The notes below the pieces were generated by a model. That model searched no databases. It saw only the letters and a list, made by a program, of their open reading frames with translations, and was not told the origin of the DNA. The translations under genes and the position numbers were made by a program. A DNA stretch of 62,929 nt, filler included, from Octopus bimaculoides (taxonomy: Eukaryota), in the NCBI RefSeq assembly GCF_001194135.2. It is 8 parts of 6 records of this genome, joined end to end, with 100 filler letters (N's around TTAATTAATTAA, not from the genome) between each part and the next. Parts side by side here need not be neighbours in the genome. Positions count along the whole stretch, not along the records: positions 24,103 to 40,378 come from NC_068987.1; positions 40,479 to 42,564 come from NC_068987.1; positions 42,665 to 49,405 come from NC_068991.1; positions 49,506 to 54,379 come from NC_068996.1; 4 more parts are not named here. One strand, 5' to 3'. Positions within the stretch are counted from its first letter, which is position 1. Every line of letters starts with the position of its first letter. Positions 37,851 through 51,377 of the stretch are shown here, piece by piece.

Positions 37851-38413
37851 TCTATTTTAAGATCTTTTCCTCCTTCCGTCCGTTTTCAAACTGTGTGGCG
37901 TGTTGTGTTGGTCATTTTCTGTTTATAGAATTAACAAGCCGAAAGGAAAAATATCTAAATTGACTGACAAGCCAAAACCTGCAACGAGAAACGGAAGTAG
38001 TGTGTGTGTGTGTTGCTTGTGTGGATAATTGTGCGATTTAAATATTTGCATCATACTCCATTAAAGATATTCAGAAACCAAACGGTGGAGTTAAACTGGA
38101 AGATTTATCGCCCTATAAGTTTTTACTTCAAATCAACGAAGGTTGCTGTAAGCAATTGATCGGCTTGTTAGAAATAAGAACCAAATATCTCTCAAGACAC
38201 GTTACCATCTTAAAGATAAGAACAATTCATTAAATGATATAGTTCTTGATAATATTTTAACACACTGGATGGGTATAGCTGCAAAGCGTTTCACGATAGA
38301 TCATCTGGTTGAAGGCTAACCAGAGCTTAAACCCGATGGAAAACTAACTTCGTTGTTCCTAATAGCGGCTCCACACACCATTATTGAGTATACAAACAGC
38401 AGAACTGGTATTC

Positions 38414-38463
38414 TCTCACTGAGGAACGATATCACTTAACTGGTGAAGATCTTGAAATTGGGA
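38414..38463 (+). other. Hammerhead-like core lacking helix III
   Basis: UCUCA-CUGAGGA-[28-nt two-part helix II]-GAAA-U-UGGGA; no NUH site or helix III. Confidence 0.35.
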
Positions 38464-38653
38464 AAACCTCCAGTTCATTCTGACATTTTCTACTACAAGT
38501 AAGAGGAAATAAAACGGAATTGCTAGTGGTTCCATTTCTATAAACAGAATTATTCTCTGAACTTGTTCTTCAGTCACCCAAACTTAATGGCGTATTTCAA
38601 AAATATACAACTTTTGGTATTTTGAAAGGTTTTTTTGTTTTTTCTCATTTTAG

Positions 38654-38830
38654 TGCGTTTGTTTATTTCTTTTATTTTCCTGCGATGCACTGTGTTTTAA
38701 GTTTGGTAAGTAGATCCACTGACGTACGGACTTGTTTTCCTTGGTATCTAGACTTTGTATGTCTGCTAAATAACGGAAGCAAAGAGCACTTCCGCTGTTT
38801 AGTACCACTGCCAGCTCCATAACGTCACAA
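38654..38830 (+). promoter_or_regulatory. Candidate cis-regulatory segment or non-coding exon
   Basis: Inverted ETS-type cores CGGAAG (38774) and CACTTCCG (38787), CRE-like TGACGT at 38720 and 38821(-), and a GTAAGT donor at 38706 behind a pyrimidine-rich AG at 38653. Motif matches only. Confidence 0.22.
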
Positions 38831-39422
38831 TTTGGCAAACGAAACTAAAACGAAGAAACAAAAGCAGTAAAAATCTAAACAGCTCTGACATCCACCTACA
38901 TACAAATAAACACACACACACGTACATAAACATAACAAAATCAACAAATAAAAAAATATAAATGTATATATAAATGCATATATAACACAACTAGATAAAC
39001 AAATAAAATGATAAATATACATTTAACAATTATCTGGTAGTAAAAGAAAAAAAATGCCGTCAGCGATTACAAAGTGTGAAAAAGTGTTTAATGAGAAGCA
39101 AGAATCGGTGCAAGATTTAACAGAATCAAAAACAGAACGGTCTTAACGCAAGGAATATTCACACAAAAAGAAAAGAAAAAAGAAAAGAAAAAAACAAACA
39201 CAACCACTGGAAATTCACCAAAAGAAACAATGAAGATTGCATGTCGGTAATAATGTTTGGAAAGGAACCAAGAAACTCTCTAAGAAGATCTAATGACATA
39301 AGCAATTTATGAATATGAAGGTCAAATTTACTAATGTTTACAGTTCTTTCTGGCAAGTGATAAACAAACAGTAGTTTCCTTAACTTGCTCGCACTTGTGT
39401 TTATCTTTTATATGTTCATTTC

Positions 39423-39481
<59 letters not shown>

Positions 39482-39877
39482 CAATGATAACGATAATAAT
39501 GAAATATTCTAAGATAAACTGCAAGGTCACAAATTCTTGTTCAACGGATGTATTCGATTATACCAATTTTGTTAACTGACAACAATTTTATTCTCTCTAC
39601 CCAGGAAGGATAAAAGACAAATATAACCTCGGTGGAATTTTAACTGAAAAAGTAAACGAACATCACCTTGAAGACATGTTATCCGCCTTTCTTAGGATTC
39701 TACCAACCACCGTTCGTTTGCAGATTTATAAGAAGTATATCAAGCCGGGTATCTCATTGGAACTGGGCAGGATTTTACGTTCGAAAAATAAAAGGAGAAA
39801 ATGGAATGGAATTCTGTAAGACGTATTCTCCATCATATAACCGATTCCGCCTTCCGCAAATCTCTTAATATAGGTCT

Positions 39878-39918
<41 letters not shown>

Positions 39919-40307
39919 GTGGTGGTTTTGGTTCTTTAAAGAAATCGTATAAAAGACATATAGAGAGCAGTTTCTGTATCTGATGCCTGTGATAAAATAT
40001 CCATATTGCTATCTTTAAATTCAAGATGGAGAAAGAGCTTCAAAACAATTAAGCTTTGTAAAATCCTCGCTCAAAGCAAAAACCGTTTTACTGTTCAGAG
40101 TTGACTGTGACTCAAAACACTGTTATGGCCAAAGGAAAAGTTCTTTGAGCCTACGAAGGATTTTTCTACGACGTGCAGACGATGTGGACAACTCACTGGA
40201 CCCCTGAAGAGATAAAAGAAAAGAATACTCTGATTCTTTTCCCAATAAATTTCCAGAAAATATTACATATATTAGGAGATAAGTTTAGTTTATGAGTTTC
40301 TTCTTCG

Positions 40308-40378
<71 letters not shown>

Positions 40379-40481
40379 NNNNNNNNNNNNNNNNNNNNNN
40401 NNNNNNNNNNNNNNNNNNNNNNTTAATTAATTAANNNNNNNNNNNNNNNNNNNNNNNNNNNNNNNNNNNNNNNNNNNNATA

Positions 40482-40512
<31 letters not shown>

Positions 40513-40529
40513 ATATATGTATGTATATA

Positions 40530-40591
<62 letters not shown>

Positions 40592-40943
40592 TATATATAC
40601 ATACATGCATGTATAAAAGTTTTTTCGTTACATATTTTGGCATATATATATATATACACGTATATATATATGTATATACATATATACATTTATATATACA
40701 TATAAATATATATATATGTATGCATGTATGTATATACATATGTGTGTGTATATACACATATACATGTGCATGTAAATGTATATGTATATATATATATACA
40801 TATATACGCATGTATGTGTTTGTGCATTTACATTGTTGTCTACAATGTGCATATACAAATGTTTATATATATATTCTCAGATGTATGTCTACAAATTGTC
40901 ATTTAATTTGCGTCATATAATGTGTGTTTCAGTGTGTGTGTGC

Positions 40944-40979
<36 letters not shown>

Positions 40980-41085
40980 TTAGATGGATGGATGGATGGA
41001 GGGATAAATGGATACCTGTTTGTTGTTCGGCTTTATGTATGTATATAGACAGATAAATAGATAGATAGACACACAAACAGACAGT

Positions 41086-41145
<60 letters not shown>

Positions 41146-41253
41146 GATAGAGAGAGAGACAGAAAGACAGACAGACTGACAGACAGACAAATATATATTA
41201 TACATATTATATATACATATATATGTGTATATATATACATAAAATTATACATA

Positions 41254-41296
<43 letters not shown>

Positions 41297-41668
41297 CTAT
41301 ATATATGCACATGTGTGTTTGTGTGTGTGTGTGTGTGTGTGCTTGTGTGGCTTTGTTTGTAGTTTATATAGCATAGATATTTTATTTCATATGTCGTTTA
41401 TAAAGAGAGCTCAAGCTTTATATTATTTAATGTGTTCATCTTCAAAGCATTCAACGTATTACATGCATCCGTATGTATAGAAATGCATATATAGTATACA
41501 CCCGTTATATATGTGTGTATGTATGAAGTTGTATATATTTGATTGTGTGTGAGTATGTGTGTGTGAGGTGTGTTTGTGTGTGTGTGTGTGTGTGCGATCA
41601 TAGAATTTCATCACTACTCATGCATGTGTCTATAATTTGGAGATACGCGTTTATAATCAAATATGTGT

Positions 41669-41705
<37 letters not shown>

Positions 41706-41721
41706 TATGCACACACACATA

Positions 41722-41807
<86 letters not shown>

Positions 41808-42457
41808 CACATATATAGAGAGAGACAGACAATCCGACAGTCAGAGACAGAGAGAGACAGATTCAGGTATAGATATATGCAAATACATGTACACACAAAA
41901 CATTTGTGTGTATATACGTACATATATATGTGTGTGAGTGCGCTCACGTGTGTATTTTGCATGTGTGTGTGTGTGTGTGTGTGTGTTTGTGTGTGTGTTT
42001 GTGTGAGAGAGAGAGCGAGAGAGAGAGAGAGAGAGAGTTTGTGCGCGAGCCCGCGTGTTCCTGTCTACGTAAGCAACTTTTTGTACTTATTATTTTCTGT
42101 ATGAGAGGGCATGTAAGTACATAACTGCAGCTACGCAGGCATGATGGAAGAATTTTAAACATATACTACACCACATATTTAGCGGGTCATGCCAACACCC
42201 AGTAGCCCACTGAAAAGGGACAATGCATGTTTGCTTGACCCGCTAGAAATGGCAGCCAAATTTCTCTCTCGATATTTAGGATAGATTTTGGAACACAGCT
42301 TAAATGTTTCTAGAGAGTTCAACCGGAGACTAAATAACCTTAGTAACGTTCATATATTTTCTAAATACTTATTTATGTTAGTCATATGCGCATACATTAG
42401 TAGCGTTAAACATACATTCATAACTACTAACGTTTATATATACACACAAATACATAT

Positions 42458-42564
<107 letters not shown>

Positions 42565-42664
42565 NNNNNNNNNNNNNNNNNNNNNNNNNNNNNNNNNNNN
42601 NNNNNNNNTTAATTAATTAANNNNNNNNNNNNNNNNNNNNNNNNNNNNNNNNNNNNNNNNNNNN

Positions 42665-42696
<32 letters not shown>

Positions 42697-42846
42697 ATAA
42701 CGACGACCACTAAATTGAGAGTTAATGTGCTAGAAGATCACATGTAATGTGTCTACTAAGACCTAATAGTTCTCAAATGAAATTCAGCGAAATACCAAAC
42801 CGTATTCGGGCAAGACAGTGAAAATTATATAAATAAAACATTATTA

Positions 42847-42910
42847 TTCGTGAACCAGTTTCGAAATTAATATTCTCTAACCGAAAATATCTGTTTCTCG
42901 TCAGCACGAA
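42847..42910 (-). ncRNA. Type-I hammerhead ribozyme motif, apparently intact
   Basis: UUCGUG-CUGACGA-GAAA(CAG)AUAUUUUC(GGUUA)GAGAAUAU(UAA)UUUC-GAAA-CUGG-UU-CACGAA: perfect 6-bp helix I, G10.1-C11.1 pair, 4+8-bp helix II. Confidence 0.85.
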
Positions 42911-43787
42911 CTGTAAGGACATCGTAATTCTCAGAATCCTATACAGGTTGTTCACCCCTAGTGGCGAACGCGTATATGGTTCTCTACTTGTAAAAACTGC
43001 TTAGATTATAATTTTGTTCATATATAATTAGCATGTTCTTTTACCTCAATACTTCTTTATTAATACCAGTATATACCAATTAATCAATATTCATAGATAC
43101 CATCTGATGAGTCAGTATTTAAGTTTATATATATATATATATATATTTAAGTATATATATATATATATATGTGTGTATATATATATANNNNNNNNNNNNN
43201 NNNNNNNNNNNNNNNNNNNNNNNNNNNNNNNNNNNNNNNNNNNNNNNNNNNNNNNNNNNNNNNNNNNNNNNNNNNNNNNNNNNNNNNNNNNNNNNNNNNN
43301 NNCTTAAAATTTAGGAAAATTTAAAAAGTGAGAAATAAGTGGAAATTTTACCGGTGAGTGTGTTAAATTTTAAGGCACAATAAGAAAATGACTCTCCCCA
43401 GACACAACAGAATATGCTTCAAAACACGAAATCACATAAAAAATCTTGCAAACCAAATCCAAAACCGAAATATATATATATATAATGATTATGATAATAA
43501 TATTAGGGATAAAAATCCAAATTTACAGGGAAAAATTCAATTTAATTTAATTTATCAAAATTAAAATTAAATGAAAATTCACAATATATAATATATAAAT
43601 ATATAATTTAGAGGAAAAAAAACAGTTATTGAATTCATCCATGAAAATCCACAATCACATATAGAAAAAATTATTAAGTAAATACACTAAAAAGACCTAT
43701 AATAAAAATCAAAAAAGTACAAAGTAATAAATATTAAGATAATAAAATAATAAAATAATAAAATAATCAACTCTGCTTTATCCTCAG

Positions 43788-45374
43788 GTTCCGTCCTACT
43801 ACAAATGGTCTAAGCAACAATGGGTGCGCAGAAAGTCACGCCAGCCAGTTGACGGACAACCTGGTGTAAAGTTTGACAGCTGTCTTTGAGAGTTTACACG
43901 GTGCATCCGAGCCAAAATGAGTACTTTTTTTCTTCGCCTTCTGTTATATGAGGTACATGGGCTTCAGTTGTTTGATGACTTAAGGACTGTCGATGGCTCT
44001 GTTTGCAGCACTTACAGGGAAGCATGCCTCAAGCGCGGTTTGCTGGAAGACGATGCGCAATGGGAGGCTATGTTATTCGAAGCTGTTGCATCCTAGACAC
44101 CTAAGCGTCTATGAGCTCTATTTGCTGTTATGCTGCAAATTTGTGAACTGAACTGGACTCAAATTTAAAGACGACTTATCGTAGGACTTCATACGTCAGG
44201 CGATGCTTTTTCCTGAGATAGAAAGTATAAGCGATGAGGTATACAATCAAGCTTTGATCGACATTGAAAATACAGTTGCATCACTCGATGGGAATGACTT
44301 ACCCTCATTTAGGTCTGCTTAAACCGCTGCGTTCAGAGTCAAATTTACTTCCTACAGCTCTTTTGCGAGAGACGCCCTACGATACAGATGCCCTTGCCAA
44401 TTTTGTCCTAGAAACTGAACCAAAGCTTCTTCCGGATCAACGGCATGTTTATACTATTGTGACTGATCATGTGCGTCACAGGAAAGGTGTTTTTTTCTTG
44501 ATGCTCCAGGGGCTACAGGCAAAACCTTTCTAACGAGGCTCATCCTAGCGAAGGTCAGGATGCAAAAGAGCATTGCGGTTGCGGTCGCATCTTCAGGGAT
44601 TGCTACAACTTTGCTGCCTGGCAGCAGAATTGCACACTCCACCTTTAAGTTGCCCCTCAATTTAACTAAGTCAGAAACTCCTACCTGCAATATAAGCAAG
44701 AACTCTGACCAAGACCAAGTGCTGAAATGCTGTCAGTTTATTGTGTGGGACGAGTGTACTATGGCCCACAAGGGAGCCTTCGACGCATTAAACAGACCCT
44801 TCAGGATATCAGGGGTTGCGAAGCCCCCATGGGAGGTGTCACGCTTTTGCTTTCAAGTGACTTTAGGCAAACTCTCCCTGTTATCCCCAAAGGCACGCGA
44901 GCAGATGAGGTTCAAGCATGCCTTAAGTCGTCTCCGCTCTGGCGTCATGTCAAGTCACTGACCCTGACAATCAACATGAGGGCTCGATTGCTCGGTGACC
45001 AAACGTCGGCTAACTTCGGAAGTGACATTCTGAAACTTGGCAACGGTAAAGTGCCTCCTGACTCTGATGGGGAAATGGACGTCCACACGTTCTCAATTCC
45101 CGTTTCATCTGTGGCTGAACTCACTGATAAAGTGTTTCCCCATTTAAAAGATAATTATCTCAATCATGAATGGCTGTCTAAAAGAGCAGAGTTGCCTCCG
45201 AAAAACGTGACTGTTACAAAACTCAATGATCAACTGTTGCTATCACTTCCTGGTGCTCCTTTCACATACAAATCTGTAGATACGATGGTAGATGCAAATG
45301 AATCGGTGAATTTCCCAACGGAGTTCCTCAACTCTTTAGACCCTCTAGGCCTACCGCCACATCTGCTCCGTCTT
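43788..45374 (+). mobile_element. Helitron Rep/helicase fragment (PIF1-family helicase), frameshifted
   Basis: Linker RVYTVHP..EYFFLRLLL..DLRTVDG..TYREACLKRGLLEDDAQW, Walker A FLDAPGATGKTF (about 44495-44530), VASSGIATTLLPGSRIAHSTFKLPL, Walker [51 protein letters not shown]. Truncated by a microsatellite. Confidence 0.95.
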
Positions 45375-45612
45375 GTATACATGTTTGTGTGAGTGCGTAC
45401 GTATATGTGTATATACATCTGTACATATATATGTATGTATATATGTATATGTATACATACAGATGTATATGTATAGATGTATATGCATATATGCATATGT
45501 ATAGATCTATATATGTGTATATATACATGTATATATATATAGATTTATATGCATATATATGTGCGTATTTATATGTATATATATGTCTGTATATATATAT
45601 ATATATATTTAA

Positions 45613-45704
<92 letters not shown>

Positions 45705-46531
45705 ATGTATGTATACCGCTAAGTAAACACACCGGCATTGGTTATCAAGCAATTTGGGGGGACAAACACAGACACACAAACATATAAACCTGGAAAAGTA
45801 CAGGACAAGTTATTACAGGTGTAAAAGCATAGAACAAACTATTACTTCTAGTAAAGTAAAGAATAAGAAACATTTTACTTAAAATATTGCAGCTAAAATC
45901 AAAATTTGAATATTAAAACNNNNNNNNNNNNNNNNNNNNNNNNNNNNNNNNNNNNNNNNNNNNNNNNNNNNNNNNNNNNNNNNNNNNNNNNNNNNNNNNN
46001 NNNNNNNNNNNNNNNNNNNNNNNNNNNNNNNNNNNNNNNNNNNNNNNNNNNNNNNNNNNNNNNNNNNNNNNNNNNNNNNNNNNNNNNNNNNNNNNNNNNN
46101 NNNNNNNNNNNNNNNNNNNNNNNNNNNNNNNNNNNNNNNNNNNNNNNNNNNNNNNNNNNNNNNNNNNNNNNNNNNNNNNNNNNNNNNNNNNNNNNNNNNN
46201 NNNNNNNNNNNNNNNNNNNNNNNNNNNNNNNNNNNNNNNNNNNNNNNNNNNNNNNNNNNNNNNNNNNNNNNNNNNNNNNNNNNNNNNNNNNNNNNNNNNN
46301 NNNTAAATATATAGGGATTGACAGTAACCTGCTTCTCCAACATACTGAGAATTCAGAAATAGCAGTCAAAGAACTACTGATTTCAAAACTACAAATTATT
46401 ACTCCAGATTGATAGCGATATTTTTATGATTATAAATTTTACCGAAAAAGGTTTTTTTCATACTGAGCTACCCGGCAGAATTGTTAATTATTAATTTTAT
46501 TACTAATTGATGATTCCCTGCCCTGCATATC

Positions 46532-46566
<35 letters not shown>

Positions 46567-46569
46567 ACA

Positions 46570-46880
46570 TATATAATATATATGACCCAAACAATAACAA
46601 TCTTCCTTTATCATACACTGTCCCTACCTTCTTCCCCAACTCAACATTCAAGCATATATTTCCTTTCGGCCCTTCTCCATCTCCCTTTCCTACGTAACTA
46701 CCTCACTCTATCTTCGAACTCACTTATAACACCTAATTTTCCTATCCATTGCACCACCCACCAAAGTCACACCCTGCCAAATCTATATATAAGGCTTGAA
46801 AACTAAAGCGAACTACTGTCTGATGACGGGCACTTAGCCGAAGCTTCAGTTACTGTCAATTTTTACCTTGTGAATACTAA
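46570..46880 (+). mobile_element. Probable Penelope pseudo-LTR-like segment with a decayed hammerhead
   Basis: Pyrimidine-rich tract, CTATATATAAGG, then CTGATGA-CG-GGC(ACTTA)GCC-GAAGCTTC-AGT at 46820-46850 (GAAA reduced to GAA). Confidence 0.5.
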
Positions 46881-47518
46881 AAAAATGGTAAACTAGAGAA
46901 AAGTATTGAATGATCCTCCAATTTATTGTTTAACTGTGTTGTGTTATGTTTGTGAGAGCGTGTGTGCGCGTGCGTCTGCGCGTGCATCCGCGCGTGTGTG
47001 TATGCGTGTGCGTTTATATTTTTATATTCATATATACATAAATGATATGTATGTATAGTGTTTATTTTTTCAATTTTCTTTGCTCTTTCTTCATTTATGT
47101 ATGGTATTGCAAATTAAGAATTATAGATATAACTGTTGTTGTTGTTTATAATTCAGTCGGTTATTCAGTACAGTTACACATGTGTGCGTCTGTATATGTG
47201 TCTGTATGTGTGTGTCTGTATGTGTGTGTCTGTATGTGTGCGTATGAGTGTGTATGTGTGTATGAATGAGACGTTTGTTCCTATAGTTGATTCAGAAGAT
47301 AATTATCGTTAACAAAATGAATATTGAAGAAAAACATAATTCTGAATATCGTGAAAGTTGACCTCAATTGCTCATTCTTCACATACACACACCAAAAATA
47401 TTTCAAAAATTGTGTCTAGATTCAACAAAAACCATTATTACCTAACCGTTTCCCTTACTCCGATGTCTGTCTTGCTTTTCCCTATACTCATATCCGTTTC
47501 TTCCTCTGTCTCTCTCTC

Positions 47519-47552
<34 letters not shown>

Positions 47553-47579
47553 ACGCACACACACACACACACACACAAA

Positions 47580-48080
47580 TACGAAGGTCGGCTGAAAAGC
47601 TCATAGAATGACCAATATTCTCACATGGAATGTGATCAAGGTTTTTTCAACATAGCCCCTCCCCCTTGCGGTCCACACACTTCTTCCATCGGTGTTGCTT
47701 GGATCCCATTGGTGAAGAAGCTTTCACCGTTGGTCAAAAAATCATCAACTGCAGATATGATGTCACTCTCACTGGGACACTGATTCCTAAGCAAGTGTTT
47801 TTTTTGTTTTTTTTTATTTGGGGGAACAGAAAATAGTCAGATACGGTCAAATCAGGAGAATAGGATGATCAACCCGTGCACAGCCACAGTCACACACAGC
47901 GGCCATTGAAACCAAGGACTTGTGTGCTAAAGCATTGCCCTGATGAAACAAGTTTTCCTGGGTGCTTGGTCTTAATAACCCTTCGTAACTACCTCAGCAA
48001 GTTGGCGTAGTACTCTTCATTAACGGTGTGGCTCTTTTGAAGATAGTCACTAAACATAATGCCTTTTGCACCCCAAAAAA
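47580..48080 (-). mobile_element. Mariner transposase C-terminal remnant with one terminal repeat
   Basis: FWGAKGIMFSDYLQKSHTVNEEYYANLLR...YSPDLTVSDYFLFP...DIISAVDDF...FFTNGIQ; terminus TA-CGAAGGTCGGCTGAAAAG at 47580. Confidence 0.88.
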
Positions 48081-48815
48081 ATGAGGCGGAGTGAGTGAGA
48101 GGTGGAGTAAAAGTGAGGGAAAGAGAGAGAGAAGTGTGAGTACAGAAGGAAGAAGTATAGAAAGATGTTTAATTAGGCCAAATGTGTCAGGTGGTTAGTT
48201 GAAGGGAGCAGCAAAGAGCGAGAGAAAAAGACGGTGAGAGAAAAGAGGCAGTGAGAAGTATTAACGATGTGCGGTAGGGTGGAGGGAAGGGTAAAAAGAA
48301 AGAGATATTTAACAAGAAAAAGAAAATAGCTGGAATGAAATGAGCTTTGTTATTGAAAGCAATAATGTTGATGATGATGGTGTGTGGATAGTGAAAAGTA
48401 TTTTATTTTTAACTAATCTATAAATATTATTATTCTACCTGTCGTTCACACTTTACGCTTTAGTTTGTTAGGAGGAGGAGGAGGAGGGAATGTGAGAGTG
48501 AGTGAGAAAGCAGATAGCCAACTGATGTATTATGCTATCACTCATGTGAGAGATAGAGAAAGTGAGAAATACTAAAGGGAAAATTAAATTGTTTAAAAAT
48601 TTGTTGAAGAGGTAGAGAGAAAGAGAGAAATATAAAGTGCTTAGCAGAGGAAAATTTTTAAATTATATAATATATTATTGTGACTTACAAAAATAAAAAT
48701 GCAAATCATTCTTTATCTCTTAAATAGCTTCTCTTAATCTTTTTCGTTCAGTGGAATTTCCACAGGTCCCACTAGTTATACTATAATAATACATTAAAAA
48801 TTGTGTTATCTTAGT

Positions 48816-48863
<48 letters not shown>

Positions 48864-49356
48864 CACTTCCCCTTTCTGTTTATCCTCCTTCTCCCACTTT
48901 TCTTCTTCTATATTTTCTTCTCTCTCTCGTCTTTTCCTTCCTCTACTGCTGCTTCATTATCCCCTAACCATACTTTTATCTACTTTGGTCTTGACACTTT
49001 GCTTGCCCTGTCCATTTTTCACAATCTATTTCCATTTTCATCTTTATCTACTTTTGTTTCCTCCCGATATTAGCAAAACACAAAGTCTAGCAGACGCACA
49101 ATGCAGAATACACCTCTAAGGCAGTTCTGAGTAAGTGCTCCTCAAATGTTTAAATCTGCAAATATTACCTAAATTTCCACTTGGAACTTTTGCATGAACT
49201 GGCGTGTAAACTAGAGTTGGTAAAGAAACAACTCTAACTAATCATTAAAGATGTATTAGTCTTTCTTTCTATTCTTATTTGGATTATATATATACATATA
49301 TGTGTGTATGTATATATGTATATCTGTAGATATATGTATGTGTATATATATATCAG

Positions 49357-49405
<49 letters not shown>

Positions 49406-49756
49406 NNNNNNNNNNNNNNNNNNNNNNNNNNNNNNNNNNNNNNNNNNNNTTAATTAATTAANNNNNNNNNNNNNNNNNNNNNNNNNNNNNNNNNNNNNNN
49501 NNNNNATGAACTTTATTACTTGGAGAGACTTTTGTATCTGGAATTCATTTGAGGTTAACTCTTTTGTTATTATTGAAATATGCAGCTTTTGGTTTGATTA
49601 ATTTTCAAAAATAATGAAGAATTTACTAAAATAATATTGCTATTTTTAAAATGGAGCTTAGAACTTAAATTAACATTATTTTAAGCCAGGAAATTTGTGT
49701 TATAGAACTAAGAATGGTCTCAAGCAAATTTATGTACATACTCACATACACACACA

Positions 49757-49787
<31 letters not shown>

Positions 49788-49789
49788 AT

Positions 49790-50300
49790 TCTTTTATTCT
49801 CTCACTTGTTTCAGTCATTTGACTGTGGCCATGCTGGAGCACTGCCTCGAAGGGAGTTTTAGTCAAACAAATCAGCCCAAGAGTTTATTTTCTTTAAAGC
49901 CTAGTACTTATTATATTGATCTTTTTTGCCAAACTGCTAAGTTATGGAGATATAAATTCATCAACAATGGTTGTCAAGCAGTAATTAGGCAACAGACACA
50001 GACATAGAGACACAGACATAGAGACACACACACACATATATATATAGATACTTCCCCTGGATGGGGAAGTAAGATCAAACCAATTGAAACCATAATCATG
50101 GTCAATACCAGTGTTATATAACTGGTATCAACATGTAAAGAGTACCCACTACACTCTTGGAGTGGTTGGCATTAGGAAATCAGGAGGCTTTGGTTAACCC
50201 AAGCCTACAGAAGAAGACACTTGCCCATGGTGCCATGCAGAGGGACTGAACCCGGAACCATGTAGAAGGGAAGCAAGCTTCTTACCACACAGCCATTCCT
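49790..50300 (-). mobile_element. SINE family A split by another repeat fragment (about 50050-50190)
   Basis: 3' half TTCTCACTTGTTTCAGTCATTTGACTGTGGCCATGCTGGAGCAC...; 5' half GAAGACACTTGCCCATGGTGCCATGCAG...CTTACCACACAGCCATTCCTG. Confidence 0.8.
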
Positions 50301-50813
50301 GTATGTATATACGTATGTAGAAACATACATCATACAAGGGGTGTAGGAAGTCTTGAGCCTCAAAAAAAAACAAAGCATGGTTCAAGATTTCTGATGAAGG
50401 TACAAGACTTCAAGGCTCAATGCTTTTCATACACCCCGCGTACCTATGTATGCATATAATGGTATAAAACAAGGAAACCTGCATTATACAGTATTATATA
50501 ATATTTATATACAGCTCATACATTTTTATATTTTACTTTCAATCACAGAACTAAGACCAAGAACACTGTGTTGTGTCTTCTTCAGTGAAATGTGAGTTGC
50601 TCCCTGGACTGCATCCAAAAATGACACAATTATATGCCTCATTAATAAATCCATTCTTACTAAAAGGGTTTTTATTATTATTATTATTATTATTTATTTT
50701 TTCTTTGTCTTTTCCTTTCAATGTCCGGCCTATCATTGTGCGATAAATGTTCTTTGAGTAACAAGAGATTAGAATATTTAATAAAGCATGTAGCATTAGA
50801 AACAAAATCTAAG

Positions 50814-50864
<51 letters not shown>

Positions 50865-51189
50865 GTGATCTGGCAGAGTAATCAGAGTGCTGAATAAGTT
50901 GGTCAGTGGTATTTCTCATGCATCTTTGATCTCTACATTCAAATCCCACTGACGTCAACATTGCCTTTTATCCTTGAAGGGTCATTATCCTTCTTTCCCC
51001 CCTCCTCCTCCTCCCCTCCCTCCCCTCCTCCTCCTCATTTTAACGTTCACTTTTCCATGATTAGTAAAGGTAAAGATTCCTTTTCAAGTCATGCCGACTC
51101 AAAAAGGCTGGTTTCCTGGTTTCCATAGCAAATGCATTCTCCACCTGGATGGGGGAGTGAGATCATAGATACCAGTGTTGCGTAACTAG

Positions 51190-51372
51190 CACTGCATTGG
51201 TGGCATGTAAAGGGCACCCACTACACTCTTGGTGTGGCCGGCGTTAGGAAAGGCGTCCAATTGTAGAGACCATGCCAAATCAGATTGGAACCTGATGCTG
51301 CTCCCCAGCTCTCAACCAAACAGTCCAACCCATGACAGCATGGAAAATGGATGCTAAATAATGATGATGGTG
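51190..51372 (+). mobile_element. Retroposon 3' tail ending in (TGA)n
   Basis: GGCATGTAAAGGGCACCCACTACACTC...GGCGTTAGGAAAGGCGTCC...CCAACCCATGACAGCATGGAAA...ATGATGATG; homologous to 54067-54379 (-). Confidence 0.75.
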
Positions 51373-51377
51373 ATGGT

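Noticed and set aside
49074-49136. AG...GTAAGT-bounded 57-nt segment
   Set aside because: Stop codons in all three frames and no other support; such splice-site pairs are common by chance.
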